Part shown: in pieces, positions 1-12,516 of the stretch | Layout of the letters: every line of letters begins with the position of its first letter | Numbering within the stretch: position 1 is the first letter of the stretch | Source of the DNA: Eledone cirrhosa | Taxonomy: Eukaryota | DNA: 64,000 nt | Direction: 5' to 3' | Assembly (NCBI GenBank): GCA_964016885.1 | Contig: OZ024746.1 | Location: forward strand, 22,940,001-23,004,000 | Notes under the pieces: generated by a model | The model's database searches: none | Told to the model about the DNA's origin: nothing | What the model saw: only the letters and a program-made list of their open reading frames with translations | Made by a program: the position numbers and the translations under genes

Positions 1-97
1 TGGTATTCGTTCCGGTTCTCTGTTCTCGGAGTTCAAATCCCACCGAGGTTAGCTTTGCCTTTCATCTTTTCGAGGTCGATAAAAAAAGTATCAGTCT
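1..97 (+). mobile_element. tRNA-derived Meta-domain SINE, partial (cut by window edge)
   Basis: B-box GAGTTCAAATCC followed by GCCTTTCATC..GGTCGATAAA..GTA.CAG, as in many other copies in the window. Confidence 0.8.
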
Positions 98-499
98 AGT
101 GGTTGGTTCTTCCTCTATATCTCTTTCTCATTTCCTCTCTTTCACTTTCTATCTTTCTCTGGAAGAAATCTGCTGGACTTAGGCCTGGAGAAGGATGCGC
201 TCCGTAAGGCTTTAAAATGTCCAAGAAACTCCGTATGTCAATATGGCGTCCCTACGACTCTATCAGGAGTAACGGTACCATACATACATGGTAGGGTATT
301 CCTTCTTCCTGGGTTGAATGACCGTATCCTTCAAGGTGGAATATATGAGCCGGTATGTTTATGTTTTCATATAACCCTTCTTTATGTAAAATAACTACAT
401 AAGACACACGAATACCGCGTATTTCTGTATCTACCTGTACATACCTGAAATGTGTTGTTATACGTTTCTCATATGCGAGTACTCCTACGCGCATTTATA

Positions 500-900
500 A
501 GAATGTGTGTGTGTGTGTGTGTGTAACCGTTTATATTGGTCTGTATTCGTATATATCGCATAAACAGAGACATGCAAACAAACAAACAAAAAAACATTCT
601 AGTTTGCACAAAACTTGTACACACACACACATGGGTGTTTCTGAATTGTGCATGTATATAAATGTGCCTGTGTTCGTGCATGTGTATACATGTATGTGTG
701 TGTTTATACGTGTGTATGTTTACGCGTGAGTATGCATGCATGTATGTCGATTTGTTTAGATGTGTTTATAATTGTGTATGTATATAAATGAGTGTGTGTT
801 TATGCGTGTATATACATGTATGTGTGAGTGCGTGCGTATTTTGCTGCATGCGTGTGGGAGAGAGAGAGAGTGTGTGTGTGTGTGTGTGTGCATCAGGTGA
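500..900. repeat. Degenerate (GT/AT)n compound microsatellite
   Basis: TG/TATG runs; overlapping ORFs are low-complexity translations. Confidence 0.8.
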
Positions 901-2119
901 GCATGTCAATTTGCATGTGGATGTAAAAGAAAATAAATGTTTATTGTTAGAAAAGAGAGAAAGAAAGCTTTCACTTGAGGAAGATGAAGGAAAAGTAAAA
1001 CTGTTATCGGCAGAAATATCGCTTATCTTAAAGTGAGATCACAATTGCTGAAGATGAAGAAGAAAACAACACAAACAAACCAAAGATTTGAAGAAAGAGA
1101 GAAAGCTAGAAAGGAGGGATAGAGTAAAACCAAAGGAGAGAGAGTGAATTAAAGAAAGAGAGAGGGCAAAAGTGAATGAGATAGAGAAAGAGAGAGAGCA
1201 AAAAAGAAAAAAAGAGAGATGGAGTTAAAGAGGGTGAGAGTTAGTGAGAGAGAACAAAAAGGAAAAGATAGAGAGATAGGGTTAGAGTGAGAGAGAAAAT
1301 GTAAAATGACATTTTCCTACGAAATTAGATCATTGAATAAGAAGACAGTGTTATGTTGGCTGTGAGATGTCCACGTTACAATACACTCGAAAGTAAACCA
1401 TCACACGAAACTCAATATATTACTTTCTATGGACACTCCACTAAATAACATCGAATTCTTGCTGAATAGGAGAAAAAAAAAAACGTCTATGGCAGCTGGC
1501 TTTTACAGTTGTTATTAAGTATTTATTATTTTCACGTTACAGGCTTTACAAAACCTAAGCAGACGCTAAGATGCCAACAATTAAATTATAGTCCTTTATG
1601 CTGTCACTGGTAACAGTTCATTAGACGTCGACCATGCTGGAGTACCGCCTGAAAGTCGAGAACGTTGAGCCCATTACTTTCTTTTTTTTTTTTAAACTGA
1701 TACTTAAAGAACTCGCTTTGTCGAACCGCTAGGTTAGGGGACATAAACAGACTTGTGAAGGGGAAAATCCCTGCTACATCATTATATATAAGAGTATTTC
1801 ACTGTCTCTTTAGAGGAATAAGTGGTATCATCATAAAGTGTCTTTGCCCTAAAAAAAAAAAAAAAAGGCGAAAGTGGGGGGAAAAACTAAAGTGGGACGA
1901 ACAAATGCCATCACACACAAACCTCACCATCATCACCACAACAAACAACAACATCTTCAACACAATCCAGCACTTGCAACAACATTAAACAAAAACACAC
2001 AAACTTCCCACATACACAGCTATATAAGCCACTTAAAACACAGCACTATAATTACAGAAACAGACTACATCATCTCCACAAAGATTACACTGACCACATC
2101 ATCACACAAGACTTCAAAA

Positions 2120-2250
2120 TAGTTTCCGTTTTACCCAATTTTACTTACAAGGCATGGGTTGATCCGAGACTATGGTAAATAACACTTACCCAAGATGTCA
2201 CGCAGGAAGACCGAACTAATGTCCTAATGAATGCGAAGTGAACCTCTTAA
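2120..2250 (-). mobile_element. tRNA/CORE-type SINE fragment (octopus OR-like)
   Basis: agtttccgt..cccaattt..acaaggc..acacttacccaagatgtcacgcag..gaac; homologous to 2640-2950, 10068-10170 and 16085-16450. Confidence 0.65.
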
Positions 2251-2639
2251 TTATAAATTAGAAAACGACGAAAACTTGACTAACGGATATTCATTTTATC
2301 GCTAAAAGAATACAATTTGAAACCATTTAGATAGGAATGAAGTAATGATAGTTTAAACTATAAGAACATTGATTGATACATCGATGTCATTAGAAGTTAG
2401 GAAAGGTTAACTTTTGATATATAAATATACAAGAACCGTAAATATCAGGCTGTAAATAGTATAGTAGTCAGGAAGGGTTAACTGATGTTTCATACGTAAA
2501 TATACTAGAACTGTATAAATAGAAGACAGTAAATAGAAAATAGTAATTAGCAGAGCAACTTAACAATAATATCATTGTTTTTATCACACCATGGAATAAT
2601 TTGATGGTGTATCTATGGATAAACAACACTGGATTGACT

Positions 2640-2950
2640 TACGTCGGTTTCGACGATGAGTGTGTTCCAGTTGTTCGATCAATAGATCCGCCAGCTCCTG
2701 AAATAAACATGAAAGTGGCTGAGCATTCTACAAACAAGTATACCTTTAACGTGATTCTCGAGAAAAATCAGTGTGACACAGGGTGTGATAAAGCTGGTCC
2801 TCGGATTACAGGTATTGCCAGCTTCACTCATAATGCTTTGGTCGAGTGAGACTATGGTAAATGACACTCTCCCAAGACCACTCAATGGGATCCAACCTTG
2901 GACCTAATGATTCCGAAGCGAATTCCTTAATGATTCGAACATGCTGCATC
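2640..2950 (-). mobile_element. tRNA/CORE-type SINE with long 3' tail
   Basis: Body and tail (gagtgttccagttg..aagtggctgagcattc..tttaacgt.attctc..gtgtgataaagctgg) align by eye with 16085-16450. Confidence 0.65.
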
Positions 2951-3870
2951 CATATACTATACAAAGGCACACCAACACACAAAAACTGGGGTAACTAGCC
3001 AAAACTGCCTGAGTTCGAGATCTATCCTCTATTTCACTAATATACACAGAATTTGCATGGGAGAGCCCAATTGATATTTGATGACCTTAGTTTTTAATTT
3101 CTTTTTCTTTCTTTTTTTTTTAGTGGAGGTGGTAGAGACTTATTTGTTGTCATGATATATATTTAGAAATTAAAGGGAATGTGTTTATTACAAAAGCATC
3201 TGCTATATTTAGAATCTTGAATTAAATACAAAACGCCCATGATACCACAAAGAGCAGACAGACATGCTTTAAATATTACTATTCTACGGTCATCTTCAAT
3301 ACTATTTAACATTCCCATGAATCATGTGTGAGGAAAAGTACCTAATATATTTTTAAAATATCTTTTTGGCATAAATTTATGGGATCGACTATTTCACGGA
3401 CTCTACTTTCAAAACACGCATTGAAACAAACTTCCTTCAACCAAAGTCACGTATATTTTATAAATATTTCTATTTGCATACATCAAGACATAACTGTACA
3501 GCAAAAGTAATTCGCCGATCATAACATTTGTATTCAGGGTAGTACATTTTTTTTTTATTTTTGTGTGCAAATTATTCAGGAAGTAACAGACTCGAATTTT
3601 ACACGATATCCATTCAAAAATATAAATTTTCCAGCAAATAAATAGGGGTCGAATTATACATGGGATCAACGTTTAGAGGAGTATATGCAGTAATTATGTG
3701 TATATTTATTTATCAACGTTTCATTCCATAGTCTGGTTGTAATCTCTGAACAAGTCAAGTTTTTTTTTATGCAGAATCAGTTCCCAGTTAAGTCAGTTTA
3801 CTTGAGGTTTTCTTGTCTGAGCGTGATTAGGGGGAATGGAAGTGGTGGCAGAACATATTAGCTACGTTAA

Positions 3871-4023
3871 ATAATTGTTTCTACTTTAGACACAAGGCCA
3901 GCAATTACCCAGTGCATTACTGGTACTTTATTTTATCGACCCCGTAAGGATGAAAGGCAAAGTCAACCTCGGCGGGATTTGAACTCAGATCGTAAAGGGA
4001 CGTAACTCTATGCTGGAAAGCAT
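3871..4023 (-). mobile_element. Meta-domain SINE, 5' truncated
   Basis: Reverse complement of the family consensus: aattgtttctac..cacaaggccagcaatt..ctggtactttattttatcgacccc..aggatgaaaggcaaagtcaacctcggcgggatttgaactcag. Confidence 0.9.
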
Positions 4024-4035
4024 TAGCTACGTTAA

Positions 4036-4242
4036 ATAATGATTTCTAGTATAGGCACAAGGCCAGTAACTTGGAGGGAGGGGAAAGTCGATTAAATCGA
4101 CTCCAGTACATTACTGGTACTTTATTTTATCGACCCCCGTAAGGATAAAAGGCAAAGTTAACCTCGGCGGGATTTGAACTCAGACCGTAACTCTATGCTG
4201 CAAAGCATGGCGTCCGACTCTCTACCGATACTGACTACCAAT
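4036..4242 (-). mobile_element. Meta-domain SINE, near full length
   Basis: Same consensus, including the tRNA-like head (ccgactctctaccgatactg..ccaatc). Confidence 0.9.
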
Positions 4243-4255
4243 CGAGCTACGTTAA

Positions 4256-4362
4256 ATAATGGTTTCTGATTTAGACACGTGGTCAACAATGTTTTTGATG
4301 GGGTAAGGGAAAATCGATTAAACTGATTCCAGTGCATTACTGGTGCTTTGTTTTATTGACTC
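4256..4362 (-). mobile_element. Meta-domain SINE 3' part (older copy)
   Basis: aatggtttctgatttagacac..aatcgattaaa..cagtgcattactggtgctttgttttattgac. Confidence 0.75.
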
Positions 4363-5276
4363 TTTCAAATGTAAAACGAAAACGGTTCAAAACAAAAACG
4401 AGCGATCGATGTGTTTTCATTTTACATTTGAAAATCATGTTGAAATATCCTGGGTAAAACTTTACCCACCCCACCAATAATTATATTTTTCTCCCAAACT
4501 ACCAAAACACATCTATTTGTATATATGCTACAATTTATGTACATGTTATGTAGAGAGACAGATGGGAGAGAGATATAAAGATATAGAGAGAGAGGGGCAG
4601 TTTGGTGCTAATTGATATAGAGAGGAAGGTTGGGTGAGTGTGCTGTATATTAGATATGGGGGGGGGTTGAAGTTTATTGAAATAGAGAGGTGAATTGGAA
4701 TAGAGTTCCGCATAGTAGGCATAGAAAGGGGGAGAGTTTGGTGCTAATTGATATAGAGAGGGGTATTAGAAGAGAGTTCCGCGAACTAATTCAAAAACAT
4801 TGACAAGGTGTTCATTTCTAACATCTCCCATTCAACATTCATTGTTGTATGTATTTTTGCAGGTATAGTATCAATTTACCACCATCCATGGTTCCAGACA
4901 TGCGCAGAATTATCCGTTTTGTTGGAATAAATAATAATTTACTAGAAACCTATTACAAAATGTAGAAAGTATTATGTAGTCTAGGGTGCGTGATGTCCTG
5001 ACCTGTTTATCGACCTCAACTGATGTTATAATATCAAGAACATGCCAGCTATTGAACGATCGTGATTGGATGCCAAACTAATGATTTTAAAGAAAATGAA
5101 GGCTTTAGTAATGAGCTTTTCCAGTTATACCTTGATTACGTTTACTGGAAATCACTGTAAAAAGATGCAACAGATTTGTTTGTGGCATGCTTGAATGAAA
5201 TACAATGTGTGTGGCATTAAAGGATATAGATATATATTGTTTATATCTGTTATGTAGCAGTAATGAATTCCATCAG

Positions 5277-5489
5277 AATGGTTTCTTATTTAGGCAGGAG
5301 GCCAACAATTTTGGGGGAGGGGAAAGTCGATTAAATCAACCCCAGTGCATTACTGGTGTATTATTTTATCGACACAGTAAGGATGAAAGGCAAAGCTAGT
5401 CTCAGCGGGATTTGAACTCAGAACGTAAAGGGCCATAACTCTATGGCATAAAGCATGGTGTCCAACACTCTACCCATACTGCCATCCAT
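5277..5489 (-). mobile_element. Meta-domain SINE
   Basis: Full consensus match on the minus strand. Confidence 0.9.
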
Positions 5490-5490
5490 C

Positions 5491-5680
5491 ATAATTGTTT
5501 CTACGTTAGGCACAAGGCCAGCAATTACCCAGTGCATTACTGGTACTTTATTTTATCGACCCGTAAGGATAAAAGGCAAAGTTAACCTCGGCGGGATTTG
5601 AACTCAGAATGACAAGGGCCGTAACTTTATGCGTCAAAGCATGGCGTCGGACCCTCTACCGATACTGCCAATCCACCGCT
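5491..5680 (-). mobile_element. Meta-domain SINE (short-tail subfamily)
   Basis: Full consensus match, head ends ..ctaccgatactgccaatccaccgc. Confidence 0.9.
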
Positions 5681-5694
5681 ATCCATCATAATGA

Positions 5695-6716
5695 TGACCA
5701 TTCATGGATACTGAACTAAAAATGACCGGATAGACCACAAACTAAAGTTAGACTAGGTAGACTACATACGGACACGTGACTAGGTAAGCCACATAAAATA
5801 TGACCAGGTAAAGAACATACTAAACTGAGCAGGTAGGCCACAAACTAAAATGTGACCACTTAGACGATAAGTCTGGACACTACAGTGTAACTAGGTAGAC
5901 CGTATACTAATGTGTGATCAGGTAAAACACATACTAAACCTCTGATCAGTAGATCACACGATAAAGTGTGACCAGTAGTGCGGAAGTTAAATTGTATATG
6001 ACCAGGTAGACCACTCGCTAATGAGTAAATATCAAGGTAGACCACCCACTAAAGTAGTGCCAGGTAGACCACATGCTAAAGTGAGACCAGGTGGACCCAA
6101 TCGTACATATGTACTTGACCAAGTAGACCGCATGTTAAATTGTAAATGACCAGGTAGACCACACATTAAAGTGTAAATGACCAGGTAGACCACACATTAA
6201 AGTGTAAATGACCAGGTAGACCACACGTTAAAGTGTAAATGACCAGGTAGACCACACGTTAAAGTGTAAATGACCAGGTAGACCACACATTAAAGTGTAA
6301 ATGACCAGGTAGACCACACGTTAAAGTGTAAATGACCAGGTAGACCACACATTAAAGTGTAAATGACCAGGTAGACCACACGTTAAAGTGTAAATGACCA
6401 GGTAGACCACACATTAAAGTGTAAATGACCAGGTAGACCACACATTAAAGTGTAAATGACCAGGTAGACCACACATTAAAGTGTAAATGACCAGGTAGAC
6501 CACACATTAAAGTGTAAATGACCAGGTAGACCACACATTAAAGTGTAAATGACCAGGTAGACCACACATTAAAGTGTAAATGACCAGGTAGACCACACAT
6601 TAAAGTGTAAATGACCAGGTAGACCACACATTAAAGTGTAAATGACCAGGTAGACCACACATTAAAGTGTAAATGACCAGGTAGACCACACGTTAAAGTG
6701 TAAATGACCAGGTAGA
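5695..6716 (+). repeat. Minisatellite: degenerate ~27-bp units grading into a homogeneous 31-bp array
   Basis: GACCAGGTAGACCACACATTAAAGTGTAAAT about 18 times from ~6149; diverged GACCAGGTAGACCA-cored units upstream. Confidence 0.95.
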
Positions 6717-7290
6717 GTATACGCTAAACTTGCACTGTCGGTTGCACCCCCATGCCCACCCTATCCCGTCAACGTGTTAATTGATTTTCAAGAATCCAAC
6801 CCAAATTATATCCAGATAAAATGAGGTACCGGACTATTAGTTGCTGGAAGAGAATATGAAAGCTGTAGCAATATGACATATGAGATATAACTGTAGGTCA
6901 ATATTTCTTGTGGTGCTATTTACGAGAATGACTCACAGCGGTTTGTTTATTCTACGATGTGAAATTATGAAATAATTGTGAGAAAGTTTTCAGGAAATAC
7001 GGAATGTGTGACAACATGACAAATACGTATATAGTGTCAACTATGTCATTGGCCTCCAGGACATTATTGATGGGGGGGGGGGGTTCCACTTGTGGTTCTA
7101 CATTAGTTGAGTACGCTATTGCTACTGTTGTTGTTGTTGTTCTCACTGTTAATTTTTATCGGTTACTTCACATACCACATGCTCCTTTATACGCCAACGC
7201 ATTTTGACACTTTAAACCAGATATGTCTTCTTTTTATCCTGTTTTTGAAATAGAACTAGTAAGACGATGACATAACACGAGGGAATGGAA

Positions 7291-7291
<1 letters not shown>

Positions 7292-7350
<59 letters not shown>

Positions 7351-7675
7351 TACACACACATACATATATATATATACACATATGTGTGTGTGTGTGTGTG
7401 TTTATATATGTATGTATTTGACTCTCCCTCAAGTACTGCGTAATTTCATCCGTAAATGCTTTTTCTTAAAACCCCTAATACACACACGCACGCACACACA
7501 TGTATGTATGATGTATATATGTGTGTATGTGTATTTATGTATGTATGTATGATGTATGTATGTGTGTATGTGTGTGTATGTGTATTTATGTATGATGTAT
7601 GTATGTATGTATGTATGTATGTATGTATGTATGTATGTATGTTTGTGTGTGTGTATGTGTGTATAGATAGATAAA
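7292..7675. repeat. Compound (TA)n/(CA)n/(TATG)n microsatellites
   Basis: Directly visible. Confidence 0.9.
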
Positions 7676-8196
7676 TAGCTGGGAAAAGAAAGAAAGAAAT
7701 GAGATGAATGCAAAAGAGATGAAATGAGATGAATGCAGTTTTAATGAATGGTGAGAATGAAATTCAATGCAAATGAAAGTATTAAGTGTTGGAAAGGTTT
7801 GTCGACATAGGTGAAGGATCAAGTAGACAAATACATGCTATATTCTACAGAGTAAACAACGGACATGTTATAAGCAACAACGAAGAGCACGGCACGGTTT
7901 AAATCTTCAACATATGATACCCTTACACAACAAATTGATGATTTCATAAGAATTCTTTAAATAAATAAACAGAAACTATAGAATTATAGAAGGTAGAAAG
8001 ACCAAACTGAATATATTTGTTTCATATTGGAGCTATTTGGAAGCCTGATTAAATGTTTCAGTATTTGTTCAGGCTCACTGTATGATAAGTTTAAATATTG
8101 CCCAGGTCAACTTTGCCTATCAACCTTTCAGGGTCTATAAATAAAGCATCAGACCAGAATGTGGTGAATTGGTGAAATTATTAAAGATTCGAATAG

Positions 8197-8412
8197 TGTA
8201 GTGGATTGGCAGTATCAGTAGAGCGTCGGCCAACATGCTTTGCAGTAGAGAGTTACGGCCCTTTATGATGTGAGTTCAAATCCCGAGGTTACCTTTACCT
8301 TTCATCCTTACGGTGCCGATAAAATAAAGTACCAGTCACGCACTGGGGTTGATTTAATCGACTTTACCCTCCCCTAAAAACGGTTAGCCTTGTGCCTAAA
8401 TCAGAAACCATT
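8197..8412 (+). mobile_element. Meta-domain SINE, full length (partial copies flank it at ~8090-8150 and ~8425-8480)
   Basis: gtggattggcagtatc.gtagagcgtcgg..gagttcaaatccc..ctttcatccttacgg..gataaaataaagtaccag..gccttgtgcctaaatcagaaacc. Confidence 0.9.
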
Positions 8413-10067
8413 ATGAAAGATTGGAACGTGGTGGCTTGCAGTATCTTATCTAACTCTATTCATTCTGATTTCAAATCCTGCTTCCTTCTGCCAAGAATTG
8501 AGGCAGGCAGATAGTGACACTAATGGGAAGACTAATGGAAACATTGTTTCCTAGGTCCGATCTCACGATCGACTCTTTTTTCTTTTTATTTTTGTCGTAT
8601 GACATCTTTGAAACCAAACCATCTGAAACCGTCCCTTGTTCTACGAGACAAGACTGTTTCCTTTAAAGTGTCTGTATCTATCTAAAATCAAACATTCTAT
8701 GTAGTAATCATTTTAAAACTATATTTCAAACACGCAATGAGTAATTAAAGTATGCCATGTTACTAAACCTTTTCCGTTTTGTATTTGTTTTGCAAAATTC
8801 TTGATGTTAAAATCGTGTGATGAAACAGATATTGTTATACGTTGTGAGGGTAATGTTGAAAATAAAAACATACATACACCAGTCGAGTTTCCAGAGATGC
8901 CTAATCCATTCCTCGGTTAGTTCAGTAATCGGATGGCTATTTAATTTTGATGTTAGTTATTAAAGTTCTTTCGTTCCACAATTTATGACCTTCTCAATGA
9001 CTATTCTTGCTCCTCTGTGTCTCCTTTTTGTTTGATTTTGTTCTATTGATTCCGGTTTGTATTTCTGACAGAAAGACAACACGCAGTGAATAGAATAGAT
9101 TAGTTACCTTATCAATAATAAAACTGAAGTGAAACTCAACCGATGAGAGTGTTTTAGTAGTAACATTAGCCCCACTCAAAACATAACAATAAATCCTTTC
9201 AACTTATTGATGATTTTCGAAATAATTTCAGCATCACATAGAATGACTTTCATTAGAAATATATTAACAAAGGGGTGAAAGTATTTATATTTATCTACAA
9301 AAAGAAAAGCCTTTTATAATAATTTATGTAAGATCCTTTGTTTATGTATGCTCCAAACAGATATGCTGTCCAGCTAAGGGTGTAGAGTTTACCCCGTGCT
9401 ATGAAATGGCTAATGCAGTAGGTATTACTGGATGTGCTCCACAGCAATGTTTTCACAATCTTCTCCACTGGGTGCAGCTTAGATGTACCGTCCCACACAA
9501 TGGTATAGAGTTTGCGTAGCTTTCATTTCACCTTCCCCCCCCCCCTTTTTCCCCTTTTTGTCGGTATGATATTATGTACATGTTTTGCTATTAAATAAAA
9601 TAAAATGATAACAGAAATATAAAAAAACAAACAATGTTGAAGAATAATTAATTAATATCAATAGATAGAAACCAACATCAAACCGTTGCCGAAGTCGAAA
9701 CAAATATAACAAACAGAAAAACAGATCATTCTAGTTTACATATTTATTAAAGAACAAAGGTAACTGTGTAAAACTCAAAGAAAGTACCCAATGAATTCTT
9801 TAACGAATACACAAAATATATAAACATAAAAGATTGTTCTTATGAAGAAAAGAGAATAGAGAGGACATCCAGTCATTTAGTTAATATCTAAAACAAAAGC
9901 AATTGGTCGAATTCCGTAGGAATATTGTGGGAAATATATAATATAAATAAAAACACGATATAAATTAAATAATTGATCATTTGTTTAATTTGACGTATGT
10001 AAATGAACATTTACTGTCTATATAAACAAACGAAAACATACTTTTTTTTTGTGTGTGTAAATATTGG

Positions 10068-10170
10068 CATAAGCCCGGTTGAGCGGTTAAGGTTCTCACT
10101 GCGCAACCACATGGGTTCTGGTTCAATACCGCTGCGTGACACCTTAAACAATTGTCTTTTGTAGGATCCC
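10068..10170 (+). mobile_element. tRNA/CORE-type SINE head
   Basis: A-box-like gagcggttaag and B-box ggttcaatacc, then gctgcgtgacacctta..caattgtc. Confidence 0.6.
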
Positions 10171-10334
10171 AGTGTAAATCAGGAGGCGACCATTGTCAAA
10201 ATTAGTACTCAATACGTTAATAGAGTACAAGTATATTCATTTTATTAGAGAAATGACGGGACAAGAACTGTTTCATTCGTAACATGGCTGTGTTAGTATG
10301 TGTTACTGTGTGTGCGTGCGTGACTTCATATAAA

Positions 10335-10518
10335 TAATTGTTTCTACTTTAGGCACAAGGCCAGCAAATACCCAGTACATTACTGGTACTTTATTTTATT
10401 GACCCCGTAAGGATGAAAGGCAAAGTTAACCTCGACGGGATTTGAACTCAGACCGTAAAGGGACGTAACTATGCTAGAAAGCATGGCGTCCGACCCTCTA
10501 CCGATACTGCCAATTCAC
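10335..10518 (-). mobile_element. Meta-domain SINE
   Basis: Full consensus match. Confidence 0.9.
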
Positions 10519-10550
10519 CTGATTTGTTACTAGAATTCTGTTATGAAGAT

Positions 10551-12290
10551 GATGGTGATAGTGATGGTGTTGGTGGTGATAGTGATGGTGTTGGTGGTGA
10601 TAGTGATGGTGTTGGTGGTGATAGTGGTGGTGTTGGTGGTGATAGTGGTGGTGTTGGTGGTGATTGTGATGGTGTTGGTGGTGATTGTGATGGTGTTGGT
10701 GGTGATAGTGATGGTGTTGGTGGTGATAGTGGTGGTGTTGGTGGTGATTGTGATGGTGTTGGTGGTGATAGTGATGGTGTTGGTGGTGATAGTGGTGGTG
10801 TTGGTGGTGATTGTGGTGGTGTTGGTGGTGATAGTGGTGGTGTTGGTGGTGATAGTGGTGGTGTTGGTGGTGATTGTGATGGTGTTGGTGGTGATAGTGG
10901 TGGTGTTGGTGGTGATAGTGATGGTGTTGGTGGTGATTGTGATGGTGTTGGTGGTGATTGTGATGGTGTTGGTGGTGATTGTGATGGTGTTGGTGGTGAT
11001 TGTGATGGTGTTGGTGGTGATAGTGATGGTGTTGGTGGTGATAGTGGTGGTGTTGGTGGTGATAGTGGTGGTGTTGGTGGTGATAGTGGTGGTGTTGGTG
11101 GTGATAGTGATGGTGTTGGTGGTGATAGTGATGGTGTTGGTGGTGATAGTGATGGTGTTGGTGGTGATAGTGGTGGTGTTGGTGGTGATAGTGGTGGTGT
11201 TGGTGGTGATTGTGATGGTGTTGGTGGTGATAGTGGTGGTGTTGGTGGTGATAGTGATGGTGTTGGTGGTGATTGTGATGGTGTTGGTGGTGATTGTGAT
11301 GGTGTTGGTGGTGATTGTGATGGTGTTGGTGGTGATTGTGATGGTGTTGGTGGTGATAGTGATGGTGTTGGTGGTGATAGTGGTGGTGTTGGTGGTGATA
11401 GTGGTGGTGTTGGTGGTGATAGTGGTGGTGTTGGTGGTGATAGTGATGGTGTTGGTGGTGATAGTGATGGTGTTGGTGGTGATAGTGATGGTGTTGGTGG
11501 TGATAGTGGTGGTGTTGGTGGTGATAGTGGTGGTGTTGGTGGTGATAGTGGTGGTGTTGGTGGTGATAGTGGTGGTGTTGGTGGTGATAGTGATGGTGTT
11601 GGTGGTGATAGTGATGGTGTTGGTGGTGATAGTGGTGGTGTTGGTGGTGATAGTGGTGGTGTTGGTGGTGATAGTGGTGGTGTTGGTGGTGATAGTGGTG
11701 GTGTTGGTGGTGATAGTGGTGGTGTTGGTGGTGATAGTGGTGGTGTTGGTGGTGATAGTGGTGGTGTTGGTGGTGATTGTGATGGTGTTGGTGGTGATAG
11801 TGGTGACAATGGTGGTGATAGTGATGGTGTTGGTGGTGATAGTGGTGGTGTTGGTGGTGATAGTGATGGTGTTGGTGGTGATAGTGGTGGTGTTGGTGGT
11901 GATAGTGGTGACAATGGTGGTGATAGTGGTGGTGTTGGTGGTGATAGTGGTGGTGTTGGTGGTGATAGTGATGGTGTTGGTGGTGATAGTGGTGGTGTTG
12001 GTGGTGATAGTAGTGGTGTTGGTGGTGATAGTGGTGGTGTTGGTGGTGATAGTGGTGGTGTTGGTGGTGATAGTGATGGTGTTGGTGGTGATTGTGATGG
12101 TGTTGGTGGTGATAGTGGTGGTGTTGGTGGTGATAGTGGTGGTGTTGGTGGTGATAGTGGTGGTGTTGGTGGTGATAGTGGTGGTGTTGGTGGTGATAGT
12201 GATGGTGTTGGTGGTGATAGTGGTGGTGTTGGTGGTGATAGTGGTGGTGTTGGTGGTGATAGTGGTGGTGTTGGTGGTGATGACAATGGT
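10551..12290 (+). repeat. 21-bp minisatellite (GGTGATAGTG[A/G]TGGTGTTGGT), about 80 units
   Basis: Near-perfect 21-bp periodicity with a/t and a/g variant positions. Confidence 0.97.
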
Positions 12291-12385
12291 GGTGATGGTG
12301 AAGACGACCAAAACAATGACAAATCCATTAGAGTGCAATTATTTCTTACATAAGTTACTTCTGCCAACTATTACATCAATTAACT

Positions 12386-12485
12386 GGGGTTGTTGTTGTT
12401 GTTGTGGTGGTGATGGTGGTGGTGGTGGTGGTGGTGGTGGTGGTGGTGGTGGTGGTGGTGGTGGTGGTGGTGGTGGCGGTGGCGG

Positions 12486-12516
<31 letters not shown>

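Noticed and set aside
1048-1068. CTGAAGA..GAAAAC
   Set aside because: Purine-rich low complexity; no pairing
4855-4970. Possible splice acceptor (ttttgcag) and short exon YSINLPPSMVPDMRRIIRF
   Set aside because: The frame closes quickly, the protein is unrecognised, and no partner exons were found
5695-6716. CRISPR-like regular repeat
   Set aside because: Units are contiguous with no unique spacers; no cas genes; eukaryotic context
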